Assembly: GCF_009914755.1 (NCBI RefSeq)
Contig: NC_060937.1
Source of the DNA: the human T2T-CHM13v2.0 reference genome, Homo sapiens
DNA: 64,000 nt
Reading direction: 5' to 3' (one strand)
A model generated the notes under the pieces. It saw only the letters and a list, made by a program, of their open reading frames with translations. It did no database searches and had not been told where the DNA came from. The number at the start of each line of letters is the position of its first letter. Positions within the stretch are counted from its first letter, which is position 1. This document shows positions 1 to 14,008 of the stretch, piece after piece. The position numbers were made by a program, and so were the translations under genes.

Positions 1-649
1 CATCATCTAGCATTAGGTATATCTCCCAATGCTATCCCTCCCTCCTCCCCCCACCCCACAACAGTCCCCAGAGTGTGATATTCCCCTTCCTGTGTCTATG
101 TGATCTCATTGTTCAATTCCCACCTCTGAGTGAGAATATGCGGTGTTTGGTTTTTTGTTCTTGCGATAGTTTACTGAGAATGATGATTTCCAATTTCATC
201 CATGTCCCTACAAAGGACATGAACTCATCATTTTTTATGGCTGCATAGTATTCCATGGTGTATATGTGCCACATTTTCTTAATCCAGTCTATCATTGTTG
301 GACATTTGGGTTGGTTCCAAGTCTTTGCTATTGTGAATAATGCCGCAATAAACATACGTGTGCATGTGTCTTTATAGCAGCATGATTTATAGTCCTTTGG
401 GTATATACCCAGTAATGGGATGGCTGGGTCAAATGGTATTTCCAGTTCTAGATCCCTGAGGAATCGCCACACTGACTTCCACAATGGTTGAACTAGTTTA
501 CAGTCCCACCAACAGTGTAAAAGTGTTCCTATTTCTCCACATCCTCTCCAGCACCTGTTGTTTCCTGACTTTTTAATGATTGCCATTCTAACTGGTGTGA
601 GATGGTATCTCATTGTGGTTTTGATTTGCATTTCTCTGATAGCCAGTGA
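1..649 (-). mobile_element. 5'-truncated young L1 (L1PA2-like): ORF2 C-terminus and 3'UTR, continuing off the left edge
   Basis: ORF 113..709 translates to near-consensus L1 ORF2p C-terminus ([22 protein letters not shown]...CWRGC...HCWWDC...FSLRGGN). L1 similarity stops at 649. The 3'UTR does not show the Ta ACA diagnostic. Confidence 0.95.
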
Positions 650-2007
650 AGCTGATTTCATACAATTGAGAATTTGGAGAAAATGAGCATTAGTTCTAGA
701 AAACAACATAGAATTGTAATCCTATGCAAGCACACTTTCCATTCCAAAAACTCTCTAATATAATATATTGCATTTAAATAATCATTTCCAGAATATCAAG
801 ATGACAATTAGATATGTTTCTGAGAGTCCATTTGTTTATGTGGAAGAAAATCAGCCTTTAATCAAACACAGCCTTTGCACATGGGAAACACTTTGCAGAT
901 TTGCTAATTGAATTATATTGAACTAATGAATGTTTTGAGTAAAAAGAGTACCTTGTTAGTGATAAATAAAACAATTTTGGAGGAAGTTTCATTTACAATC
1001 CTCTAGTTCTGTATTATCTACCATTTTCTCCTTTTTGTTAAGAAATGAAAACAGATGCAAACTTCCTGTCATCACAAGGATATCACTGCAACCATTAAGG
1101 AGTCCAAATGAATGTATGCCTCAGACTAAGTAGGGCTGCATCAGAGAAATACAGGTCAGTAAAGAGGCTCTCTTCCCAAAGGATAACACACAGGCACATG
1201 CACATACAAGGTGAATTGTAAAATTTGGCATATAATCCTAGTTGCATACCCTTTGCTCCTAAACCTTCTACAGAGACTAATAAGGTTGCTGAAGATTATG
1301 AACGTGTAATAATTGAAACGTTTTTCTTCCCATCAGAAATCTCACTTCTCTTAAAATAATCATAGTATTTTGAGTATACACATTTTTAATTCTTTTCTGT
1401 GGAAAAAAATACCAAATATTTTATAAGAAAATCAAATAAAAATATAGTTAAGCTTTTCTTTTAATGTTTCCAACTCCCCAAACTCCAGATCTGCCCTATG
1501 TTTTACTCATGAAGATAAAAGAGAAAATTATACTTAAAGTTAATTAAAGGTTCTAAATTATACAAGTTCACTATAGTATGATAGCTTTTGAAATTTTAAT
1601 TGAGGATAGTATGAATTAAATCATGAGAGAAAAAATGTCTATTCATGGTATTTTTTATTATGCTTATATAAAAGAGAAATGTCAGTATAGGTCAATATAT
1701 TTGCTTTTTAAAATTAAATGACAGAAATAACTCATCCAAGAAACCAGCAGAAAGAGCAGACTTTTTCACGTTGACACTTATGGCATTTGCAAGTGTGACT
1801 GATCGTAATGTGATAAAATGCCTTCCTTCTGTCAGTCTCTATGTGAGAGGTACAATCGGAAATGGTGTGAACATTTTCTCCTATGCTATTTGTGTTTCAA
1901 TTCAAAATCAGAGAACAATGGAACAGCATTTTCTATGCAGGAAAATGCATTGAAATGTAAAGGGGGATGTAGTCCCTGAGAATCAGTATTATTAGTTGTC
2001 TAATGTC

Positions 2008-2228
2008 CAGCAGATTGAGTGGTTAAGAGCATAAAGTTTGCAGTAGGATTACCTGAGTTCCACCCACAGCCCCATCCTTTTCTGCCTTTCACACCTCAAG
2101 CCAATTACCTACCTGTTTAAGGCTAAGTTTTATGATGTATACAAATGAATTAAAAATTGCTTCTTAGAAATTTGTCGTAGAAATAAATGATATAATAGAC
2201 TTAGCACAACACTTGGCAAATAGTGCTT
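2008..2228 (+). mobile_element. MIR SINE (diverged)
   Basis: gtggttaagagc...acctgagttc...aaatga...cttagcacaacacttggca follows MIR head, core and tail order. Confidence 0.7.
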
Positions 2229-3688
2229 TTAACTTGGTCACTTAAAATTAGAAGATAGAACATTTATGTGTTTTTATTTAGCAATGTTCGTTGTTACGTA
2301 TGGCTATTGCTTATATAATTTTTCTTGAATGCTTCTATGAATTATGTTTAAGAATATCTATATCCAATAGTTCTTACAAAAGATGATTGTTATCAATACA
2401 AATAACCCTAATTTTTCTCCCAAGAAAGTCAGGCACCTTTGGGAAATCCGGCACAATTTTTACTCAGAAAGTTGAAAAATACTGTAATTCCAGCAGTAAA
2501 ATCACTCCTCTTCATTAACAACACTGTCACTAGAGAAAATTATTTATGAACTTTAAGGCCCATTATGTTTCTGAGTCATGCTACCTACCTATTTAATGTG
2601 TGAGAAGTAAAAAATTATGTAAAAAATTGAAAAACAGGCATGGAAAAACTTTCTACTTTCTAGGTGTTTACTCCTTAATTTATAAACATGCTGAAGCATA
2701 CATATCAGTAGTTTACATTAAGGGCAACAGAAAACAACAACAACAATAACAAATAAATAGCTGATATGGTGAGACCTCAGGTTCATTAAAATTATATATA
2801 CTGAAGATTATTTAATATGAGGTAAACATACTCTATTTGAGGAACAACTTAAAAACATATTAATCATGTTTTTGTTTGTTTTACACAACATCACCTCCTC
2901 ACAGAGACCTTAGCAGGGCAAAGTGTGCCACTCTGACCAGAATGTCATCTTCCCAGATCAGGACTTTGCAGATGTTTTATGATTTTTATTATACTTAGAT
3001 AGGATTTCCTTACTTTTGGACCAGTGTGTTATACAAAATCACCAGGATGTTTGGTCTTCCTAGGTGCTCGCTGTATGAAGGCACATTTCATGTAGATTTA
3101 AACATTCATAGCACAGATGTTCTGTGGGTAATACATCACACTTTTGGAATACCCAGTGCTGTTTGTTTTGTCTAGCTGTTCAGACATTTATAGTCATTTT
3201 TATAATTTTCACAAAGGTCATAAGGAACTTTCAGTATTTGCAAATATACAGTTATGGGAACTCAGTAATATTAAAATGCCATTGACTACATATTAGCAGA
3301 TGTTCAGATGACTGACTAGGTTATATAAAGAACCTTGAAAGCATAAAGCATAATATGATTGGAAGTTTGGCTGTATTGTGCTGGAGTTTAGTCAATTAGA
3401 AAACACTTCAATAAAAAGACAAGTAAATTAGATTTCTCCAGATTCAAAGGTAAAAATAAATGTAAGAAAAATGCTATGTCATATGAAAAAATATTTTGTA
3501 ATGAAATTGCTTTTAGACAATCACAAATACAAAGTCATGCTTAGGTTGTTAAAAGGAATCAATTTCTTCAAGCCCTAAAATATTTATAAGCAATTATTTT
3601 AAAAGTAACTTCATGAACCACAATAGCATATGGTGAAACATGAACAAGTCGTAGATGAATGTAAATAATCAATAATTAAGAATCCTAT

Positions 3689-4015
<327 letters not shown>

Positions 4016-5529
4016 TTAGTGTCTGGAATAATACATTTTCTAAATAATCCATGAATCTCCACGTTATTTATTTTTTCCACAAGTGTTTAAAGCTAATGAT
4101 ATAATTTAAGCTTTTAGAATACTACAGAGCTCCAAATGTCAATAATTATATGTTTTTTCACATATGTATCCGAAGTACACAGGAAATTGCTTTGGCATTG
4201 CTCAATAGAAATGGAAGGAAAAACTTAGTATACTCTGGAAATGGTTGTCAGTTACTATGCCTCTGAACAACGTCCTGTTGAAACTATTTAGTCCCTTCAA
4301 TAATATATATTTTTATTTTCTTGCTTATTTTTATGTATGTGTCACATATTTTCTTAAGTGTAGACTCTGTATTTTTTGTTTAATATACCCTTGAAAACAA
4401 AATAGTACTTTAAATACAAACTCCTGGACTTAACAATATTTCTTTTTGCTGGAATTTAGAGAGTATAATACTCACTGTCATTTTCATTTTTGTGCTGAAG
4501 TGAAGCTTAAGAACAGTTATCCTAAAGTTTGCATGCTGTAGACATAAAAAGATATGGCTGCTTCTTATCTAGAGCAGAGGATAAACTCGAATGGCCCTGG
4601 GAGGTTCTGTTTGACATAAGAATAAACCTGCAGTGAACTCCAATGACTACAGAAAAGCTCTGTCAATCCTTTTCCAGGACTTGGAAGAGAGAGACTAATG
4701 CCAATAGAGCTGCCTGAGCTCATGACAGAGAATGATTCTACCCCAGTGACAAGACTTTCAAAGTTCCCTATTTTGTTTCATCTGAAATTCCAGAAAAACT
4801 GAAGAAATCAAGATATTAAAGTGATATTATAAATGCTATTTCCAGAGTTCACAACATAAAAATAGACAGTAAACTTCATTGTTGTACTAGCTGCTTTAGA
4901 AAATATTTAAATGCTGTCTTTATAGAATGACATACAGTTTCATTCATTTCTTCATCTTGCTGCACAACTGAATCAATAGTTGACTAGTGTAAATCTAAAA
5001 ATTGTCCACTTGAGGCTATTTTAGATATGCCTCATGAATTTCAATGTTGCCCCACTTTTATCATGCTTTTAAAACTGATTTAAGAATTTCTTTTCATTTT
5101 ATATTCTTTTTATAAATTTATATCAGAAGAGTGAAATAAATCACTCAGAAGTACAAAAATACCAATGTATGCAGTTGGAGACATTGCCAAAATATAATAG
5201 CAAGCAGCAGCATCGTATAATACCTCAAAATGTTCTTTCACCAGTTGAGGTATAAAAATCTGAATCTGGCATGCAAAAGAAAATAAGGATGTGAATGTGC
5301 AATGCATGACAGTTGTGTGAACGTTGAAAGAAAGTGAAGGATATTTTACAAGACAAGCTCGTCCCATCTCTTGAAGAACTAAAGAAAATCGTATTCACAC
5401 TTGTAAATGAAGGAAAAAATGTTAAGCAGAATTACTGGATGCAGGAACAGAATATATCACAAAAAGCTCTGAATCATTTAAAACTCACCTTTCTCTCCGT
5501 ACTTTTTGTCCTCTGTGTTTGTCATATAT

Positions 5530-5713
5530 GTTTACTATTTAGAAATTTCTATGACTTAATACTTAACTCTGAGATATGCCACATCTGCCAACACCCTTGC
5601 TATAATTTTTTGTACAAGTGAGTTTAGTATTTAGAAATTTCTATGACTTAATATTTAACTCGGAAATATTCCTCATCTGTCAATACCCTTGCTATAATTT
5701 TTTGTACAAGTGA
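5530..5713. repeat. 92-bp tandem duplication (2 copies)
   Basis: 5530-5621 vs 5622-5713 align without gaps; 8 mismatches by hand count. Confidence 0.95.
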
Positions 5714-6069
5714 ACTGTGGTTTGTGGAACTCTATCTAAAAATAAAATACTTTCCTACCTGTTACCATGGTTTTACATTTTTCTTATTTTTCACAGTTTC
5801 TTGTAATATATGAAAATAACTTTCACTTAGGAGGTATCCTAGTATTTTTGCATATAATTTTTCTAGATATAAGGTAAACTTCACGAAAACCATAGAAATC
5901 ATTTCTGTGTCCTCAGAAAATTTTTGCAACATTGGATTTTACCTTCTATTCTTTTCTGGAATAAAAAGTAAAATTAAGGCTAGAAAACAATAATGTATAT
6001 TTGATAGCCAAAGACCAGCCAGACTGCCAGGAATACAGAATTTCCATGAAGAAATAATGACGCATGTTG

Positions 6070-6240
6070 TTAAGAGGGAAAGTTTAGGGGCATATTATGG
6101 CAAATCTTAACTATAAACCAAATGAATTTGGTTTAATTCAATAACAAAGGATCACTGAAAATTTGCTGGGCAAAGGTTGTTGTGACTATAGAAGTTGAAT
6201 ATGACACAAATGATTGAGGGTCAAAAGCAGGCAAGTTAGA
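6070..6240 (-). mobile_element. L2 fragment
   Basis: Degenerate match to antisense L2 (…gaatttggtttaattc…ggatcactgaaaattt…). Confidence 0.45.
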
Positions 6241-6404
6241 ATTCACTTTAAGTAATACTGAAATGAGATGAAAAGCCTATAAGGTTGATACAATTAAGAA
6301 TAATAACACGGAAAAGAGAAGAGAGATTTTTTTTTTTTGCGCAGATTGATGATGACTCCAGTGGCATTCGCTTAATATTTATAATTTGTATTTTTTCTGT
6401 GTAA

Positions 6405-6600
6405 ATGAGATTCTGTGCTTTCAAAGTCCCCAGGTGAGGATGATGCAATTAGTTCAGGGACCAGTTTGATTAGCGTGTCTTCAAAGTAAGGAATTTGTAC
6501 CATGTGAAAGTATTATGTGTTCCACTTACTTGGAAAAAACAAAAAAAGCATGCAAAGCATTTTTAATAAGGTCTCCTGATGATTTGCATGCACATTAAAG
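6405..6600. mobile_element. MER5-type hAT/Charlie fragments
   Basis: tccccaggtgaggatgatgca...gggaccagtttga and gcatttttaataagg...tgatttgcatgcacattaaag resemble MER5A/B ends. Confidence 0.55.
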
Positions 6601-8299
6601 AAGAATATTTTCAATAAAAGTAATTTTTCTTGACCAAAAAAAAACTTGTTCTTGAACAAAAAAGTTCATGTTTTGTTAAAAACATGGTAATAGTGATTGA
6701 TTTCCAAATTCATAACACTTCTATTTATCATCTATTATCTATCTATGTATCTATCTATTTATCCACTCATCTTTCAGTGTTTTTTCCTCATTGCAATTTT
6801 TTTTCTTTACTGATAATTGAGTTCAAGGTTAGAAAGAGAGGCAATAAAACAATCAGTAATTCATTGTTTGTTTTAAACTGGATGGAATGTACTAATGAAA
6901 GTTAAAAGATAAACATCTTAATGACAAAGGTTGAAAAATATGAAATATTTCACAATATTTATATATAATGTCTTATTATATAAGAAAACCGAAATTGTTT
7001 ATAATAAAGACAATATCCAAAGGTAGCAATAAAAAACAAGTTTCATAGGGATTATATTTGTATGAAGATAGTTTGGGTCAAAAACATTTTAAAGTTCAAA
7101 CTTTGAAATTGTATAACAAGTTTAAACTATTTGAAGGTGATTACAAATATCCAGGTCATTACACTGAGAAATGTTTTCTAATGATCTGATCCTACACTTT
7201 TAAAACTGTATTGTTTGTTAGGTAGAACAATTTCTATTTGCGTTTCTCGTACAATCAAGGTAATATCCTGCATGTTTTATCTTTTCAAGGAGTTGACAGT
7301 CTCATTGAGGAGAGAAAAGTCACAAATAGGAAATACAGACTCATTAAGAGTTACATATTGAAGTACACTTTAGAGGTTTAGTAAAAGTGCGTTTAATCAT
7401 TCCAACTCTTGAGATTTGAGGATTCTGAAGCCTATTTGTTAAAGAAATTTGCTTCATCTGTTTTTAGATATGTATTCTTACTAAAAAAAAAAAGATTAAA
7501 AACTAGAAAATAGAATTTGTAATAAGCATGATTTACCATTATTATATTTTAATGTGAATATATCTGCATTATGAGCATCAAATTAATCTTATCGTTGTTC
7601 CCAAGTATAATTAACTGCTTTGAAGTCCAAGATGGAAATGTGATTATTTCAAAAAGATAGACATTTAAAAATAATGTACTATAGAACCCTATGCCTCTTT
7701 CAAAGATAAATTGGTATTAAGAATATTCCAATAATAGAGTGATAATAGCCTTAGAAAGTCTTTATATAAAATAAAGATTTTCTATTTTTTGCATTTTGGA
7801 ATAACCTAATATAAAATTTGGTGGTTATAGAGTTGTTGTTCTAACTCAAATCTTCAATCATTGGAAAGTTTATTGTTTATAGCAAATAGACAATTGCTCT
7901 TCAATTAATTTTGAAAATATATATTTTTCCAAAAATAATCCATGGTTTAAATTTGTTGGTGAAAATGATCTTATGTATTTTTAAAAGTTATATTGATATT
8001 TATATCATATTCATGTATAATTATTAAGCCCTTACATTAGGTTCCTTTACATGAGGTCACTACTGAGCACTTAAATGATGTAATAGTCACATTAGTTTGA
8101 CTTTCTTATTTACTTTTTTCCTCAGATAAACTTAAATATAAATGAAACTTGCCACATATTTTTACTGTGGTTTAGCTTTCAAATTTTACCTTTTAAAATA
8201 AGAAAACATTAATTTTATTTTGCTATCAGTTGTTAAATGAAATTAACCTACATATTTTATCATTTAAAAAAGTGTTTTTATATCTCACATTTGCCATGG

Positions 8300-8800
8300 G
8301 GGATCCCTTTTCTCATTTCTAATTTTTCTTTTAGTAAGAGTCTGTGAGTGATACAATGTTAGTCTTTCTCTATATAAATATGATATTATATTATGAATCA
8401 TAAAAGTGTAACTTAACTGGTATAAAAATTTAGATTAATAAGATTTCCCTCAATATTTGGGAGATATTTCAATTTTATTCTATTATCTATTTTGGTGGTG
8501 AAAAATCTTTTCAAAATTTTTCCTTTTTGGGATTTATCTTTCTGTTGAGTAGATTTTAAAATAGTGTCTTTATTTTTATGCTCTGGAATTTCACAAAATA
8601 TGTATTTAATATAATTCATCCTACCTGGAACACAGAATGCCTTTACTTCTAATCCATGTCCTTTTTTCTGAAAAAAATTTCATCCATTTTACTTTAACTA
8701 TTACTTTTGCATATGTATCCATTCTGTTTCGTATCTTAATCAAATTTTCTCACAGCTCATTGCATTCTCCAGTCCTGTCTTTTGATTAACTCAGATCAGT
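8300..8800 (-). mobile_element. Ancient L1M (L1ME-like) ORF1 remnant
   Basis: ORF 8413..8619 (…KNKDTILKSTQQK…LNFYTS) resembles the ORF1p C-terminal KDKEKILKA…ILYP region. Confidence 0.6.
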
Positions 8801-8811
8801 TCTGGCTTGGT

Positions 8812-8995
8812 TGAGAGGCAGTAGCAGAGTGGTTAAAAATACCTAATCTGGAACCAGATTTTATGGCTGCATGAAGCTCCAGGTCTGCCTTGTAAGGTGT
8901 ATGAAATTCAGAAATGATAGGATCTAATACAAGGTGCTTTTAAGTGAATGTGATGCTTCGTATATGGATAAGTACATAATGAGTGATAGGTAGTA
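8812..8995 (+). mobile_element. MIR SINE
   Basis: gaggcagtagcagagtggttaaaa…ctggaaccaga MIR head. Confidence 0.55.
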
Positions 8996-9026
8996 TTACA
9001 CCATCAATTTTATTTTTTATCAATAA

Positions 9027-9366
<340 letters not shown>

Positions 9367-9530
9367 CCATATTTCTTTTTCTAATGGCTGCCTATTTCCA
9401 TGTTTTACTTAGTATATTTTTATTAGTTTACAGATTTTTCTTCTTAAGCCTAAACATACTTCTGTTATTATTTTTTAAATAAATTTTTATATTATAAGTT
9501 CTACATTTATCAGTTTAATGCTCCAAATAT

Positions 9531-9844
9531 GCTGGGAGCAGTGTCTCGTGCCTGTGATTCCAGCTACTTAGGAGGCTGAGGTTGGAGTATCGCTTGAGCC
9601 CAGGACTTTGCGACCACTCTCGACAACATAGTGAGATGTGGTGTCTAAATAATAATAAAAATAAAAAATATTAGCAAGTCATGGTGGTGCGTGCCTTTGA
9701 TCCTAGCTATTCTAGAGTATAAGGCAAGAGGATAACTTGAGCCTAAGAGTTCAATGGGCAGTGAGCTATGATCATACTACTGCACTCCAGCCTGGCCAAC
9801 AGAATGAGACCCCATCTCTTAAAAATGATGATAATAATAATAAA
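9531..9844 (+). mobile_element. AluJ
   Basis: J-type gcttgagcccagga and gtgagctatgatc; TSD taatg(c/t)tccaaatat at 9516-9530 and 9845-9859. Confidence 0.9.
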
Positions 9845-10739
9845 TAATGTTCCAAATATGTGTTTTGAAATTGGAGTTTCTTAGCTTAAGTAGAAAATTT
9901 TGTTGTTATTGGAGTAGTTGTTTTATTTTTTATTTATGCCTTAGATTTTTTTATAAAATGACTTTTCTCTATGTGCATACCTCAAAATATAGCATCTTTG
10001 AAGGGATTTGACTCCTCACAACTACAATAATGATTTGTAATTCTAATATTGTTGCAGTATGGGATATTTCATGATCTAGCCAATGGTAACATTCTTTAGT
10101 TCCTAGTCACCTGACAATATCTATGGATTCCTAATTCCCAAGACCTGCAAGCTATTATAAGCTTGAAACTAAGAGCTTGGTGTATAGCATTTCATTGGGA
10201 CTTTATTTCCACAAGTGGAAACTCCTCTTCAAAATCCCTGAATACAAGCAGAGTTTGTCTCTAGACCACTTTTTGCGTGGAGCTGTCATATTCCCTGTTA
10301 CTGCTTGGACGCTTTATTTCTGCTTCCAGATCTGGATTCCAACATGCTGTGGCATGCTTGTAGATTCATCCACACTTAATAATACTATCTCTCAATTTAA
10401 TTTCCAAATGGTGAAATATTTGTTTTTCAACCTTGGCTATGCTATTTGACAATCTGTTTATTGTTCTTGGTTATTCTCTCTGTTATACACATGAATGTAA
10501 ATGTACTTTTCTTGGTAATTACATGTTTTGAGCAAGAGAGAAATGACAAATCATTACATTTGACCCATCTGACTATGGGCTTTACAATACTAGCCAGAAG
10601 GAAACCATCTAAATAAAATAGGCATAGATTAAAAAAATAGTAAAAATAAAAATTAAAAGACAAATAGTATTTAAAACAAAACAGTCAAAATGAGACAACA
10701 GAAAACATGTTAATATCTGACCAAGTGGTACCACAGGCC

Positions 10740-11100
10740 TATTTTAATGAGCTGGGTAAAAAAAGACATTACATGATAAAGATAATTACCGTGCACAAAA
10801 AAGGAAAAAAGTTATAAAGTGCTATATGCCCATAAATATGTAACACTTTTCTCTCACAAAAAAGCAAAAAACTTAGAAAAATGAACAAAATTAACAAAAG
10901 CACAGTTGTAAAGAGTGATTTTACTTTATTCATATTTAAAAGACCAGATTGAAAAATATTAATTGAACTATGTTTATATATGCATGTATTCATGTGTGTA
11001 TATGCATATGAATACATGTGTACATGTGTATATTTGAAAAAGTGAAAAAGAAAAATAATTGACAAAAATGTATGTCTGATCAAAAGGAATATATTTTAAA
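10740..11100 (+). mobile_element. Ancient L1M ORF2 endonuclease-region fragment
   Basis: gacattacatgataaag…tatatgccc…aaaagcacagttgt resembles the HYIMIKG…NIYAP…STIIVGD region. Confidence 0.5.
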
Positions 11101-11177
11101 TGTATAGATTACTAAAAGGAGTGATTTATTACTTCATAACTTTAAAAAATCAAAAAGAAAAAATCAATATTGCAAAG

Positions 11178-13772
11178 TGATGTCTGCAAGCTAATAGAAT
11201 AGGCACTTTCTAGGATAATCCTTCCACAGAAGCATCAATTTTGCTAACTACCCACAGACCCACAGACAAGAGCACCTTTGTGGGAGTCTGTGAGCCTAGC
11301 AGAGAAGTTTCAGCACACCATTGGAGAAAAAAGTCTGAGAATAGATGCACTGAAGAAGGTAAGAAGCGTTTCACTTTTGAATTTTTCCTCCTCCCAAGGC
11401 AGCACAGCTTAGTGCCAAGATAAACCTGTTTGGTTACTATTTTCTCCCACAGGGGAAAGTGAGAGTGTAGGAAGTGCCCTGTTTTCCCAGCCATACTGGA
11501 CAAAGCCGGAAGAGATGCTGACTTCTTTCTTGCTCCACACAGAATACTGAGGTGATCAGGACAGGTGAGGGATTAAGAAAGGACGAGAGCACAGAAGAGT
11601 AGACTCTACCAATTGCTCTGAAGTTTCCATTAGGAAGCTTGCCATGGGCTGTTTTGAATGCTTTTCCTGTGGACCCTCCCCTCAACTGGTGACGGGTACC
11701 CAAGTGCTCCATAGGCCTCAACCCTTCCTCCCCAGAGCAGCTCTCAGGGGTTATCCCAGTGGATGGTGCAATTTTCTTGCACAGACTAGTTTCAGTCAGC
11801 ACGATGGGGAGAAGGCACACAAACTTGAGCATTTCATGGTATTACCCTAAGGAAAGCAAACAAGAGGTTCTCAGCACCTGGCTTGGCTTTGTGTGATTGA
11901 TAGAAGCCATTCAATCTTACTAAGTTTTCCCCAAAAAGGAACAAAAGGTGTGAAGTAAACACAAATATAAAAAATGTCTGAGGGAGACTTGGAACTCTTA
12001 GGCAGACTAACTGGTGAAAGCATTTTCCTCCTGAAGCCAGTTAGCAAAAACTGGAGAAGATGACTTCTTCAAATGCCAAATGTAAGACTTCAAGAGCATT
12101 AAAAAATGAATAAAATATGACACTGCCAAAGGAGCACAATATTTTAGTAACTGACTCAACAAAATGGAAACCTATGAATTGCTTGAAAAAGAATTCAAAA
12201 TAGATATTTTAACAGACTACAGTAAACTACGAGAGAACACAGATGACTCAATGATATCAGAAAAATAATAAACAAAATAAGAAGTTTAATGAGGATATAG
12301 AAATCATAAAAAGAACCAAACATAAATTCTGAAGCTAGAAAACAAAATGAATAAAATTATAGACAATAGTGAGTGCCAACAGAGGACTTACAAAGCATAT
12401 GTAAAAGTCTGTGAACTTGAAGAAAAGTCATATGAAAATATTTAGTCAGGAGATAAAAACTACCAAATAATAGAAAGGAATAAAGGAAGCCTGTGAGGTT
12501 TACAGGGAACCATCAAGACAGCTACCTTACACATTAGGACAGTCCCTGAAGGAGAAGAGAGAAAGGTACAGAAAGTTTATTCAAATAAATAATGGCTGAA
12601 AACTCCCCATTCTGAGTTGGATGTGAGTATACAGGTATATAAAGAATAAAGTTCTTTAAGCAGTTTCAACCCAAAGATTTCACAAAGACAGTAATCAAAC
12701 TGTCAAAAATTTAAGACAAAGAGAGAATTTCTAAAGTAGCAAAAAAGAGATTATTATATATAGGAGAATGTTAATTGGAAGTCTCTGCTAACTCTTCACT
12801 AGCCTGGGAGACAGTGGGATGATATATTCAAACTACAGAATGAAAAAACAAAAACAAAAACCTCCAGCAAACTATCAACAAAAATTCATCTGGCCAATAT
12901 TTTCTTGCAAAAAGAAGGGAAGATTAAACATTTTTTACAAACAAAAGCTGAGAGCTTGTTACCACTTGATCTGACACACAGGAAATGTTAAAGAGAGTTT
13001 ATTAACCTAAAATTAAAGGACACTAGTAACAGAAAAACATATGCTGGAATAAAACATTCTGTAAAACATGCTAGAAAATGTAATTACATAGCTAAATTTA
13101 GAATACTCTAATACTGTAATGGTAGTGTGTAAATCACTTATTATTCTAGCAAAAAACTCAAAAGACAAAAGCAGGAAAAATAACTAAAATTATAACAATG
13201 TGTATGGGTACACAATATAAAAAGATGTAAATTGTGATAAGAAAAACATAAAATGTCAAAGAGGAAAGTAAAAGTGTAGAGATTTTGTATTCCATAAAAG
13301 CTAAGTTGTTATTAACATAAAATAATCTGTTATAACAAATTGTTTTATGTAATCCTCATGGTAACAACAAAAAGAAAACATAAGCAGATACACATAAGAT
13401 AAAGAGAAAGGAATCAAATCACACCACCACAGAAAATCATCAAGTCATAAAGGAAGACTCAAACTTAGGAATAAAGAAACAAAATATATATTTTAAAGCC
13501 AAAATAATGACAATATTTAGTTCTGACCAAATAATAATTACTTTAAGTGTAAACTGATGAAATTCTCTAGTCAAAAGACATATACTAGCTGAATGAAAAA
13601 CAAAATGCAACTAGCATATGTTGCTTACAAGAGATTCACTTCAGTTTTAAGGGCACAGATAGATTAAAAGTGAGGAGACAGAAAAAGATATTCAAAGTCA
13701 ATGGAAACCAAAAGAGAGCAGGGTAACTATAATCATTTCAAACAAAATAGACTTTAAACAAAAAACTTAACA
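11178..13772 (+). mobile_element. L1M (L1MA-age) 5'UTR, ORF1 and start of ORF2; 3'-truncated, decayed
   Basis: GC-richer 5'UTR to ~12.1 kb, A-rich ORF1 (gaaaaagaattcaaaata…gtccctgaaggagaagaga…), ORF2 start (…ttgcttacaagagattcacttc = CLQE.HF). Confidence 0.8.
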
Positions 13773-13779
13773 AATTGTG

Positions 13780-14008
13780 ATTTTTTCTTTTAGATTTTAC
13801 ATATTCAAAATTATTGTTTTCAAATAAAGTTTGCTCTTCCTTTAATGTTTATCTTGGCTATATTTTATTTTTATAATTACATTAAACATAACAAAATAAA
13901 AAACCAATTTGGATAATAGTGATTATAATATACCTCTGACTCCTTTCTTATTTTAATAGAGAAATGAGTTAGACTTTCACAGTTTATTCCAATGCTTGTT
14001 ATTATTTA
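13780..14008 (-). mobile_element. Highly diverged antisense L1 (L1ME-like) RT-region fragment
   Basis: T-rich segment aligning by eye to antisense ORF2 RT region (…ctcttccttt…aatagtgat…ttttaatagagaaatg…ctttcac). Confidence 0.45.

Noticed and set aside
5110-5621. 85-aa and 95-aa ORFs in a coding-looking stretch
   Set aside because: No recognisable protein, no clear splice frame, and stops in adjacent frames; possibly an ancient TE remnant I cannot name.
11210-11850. Several 60-131 aa ORFs on both strands
   Set aside because: They fall in the GC-richer 5'UTR of a decayed L1M, with no evidence of an ORF0-like product.
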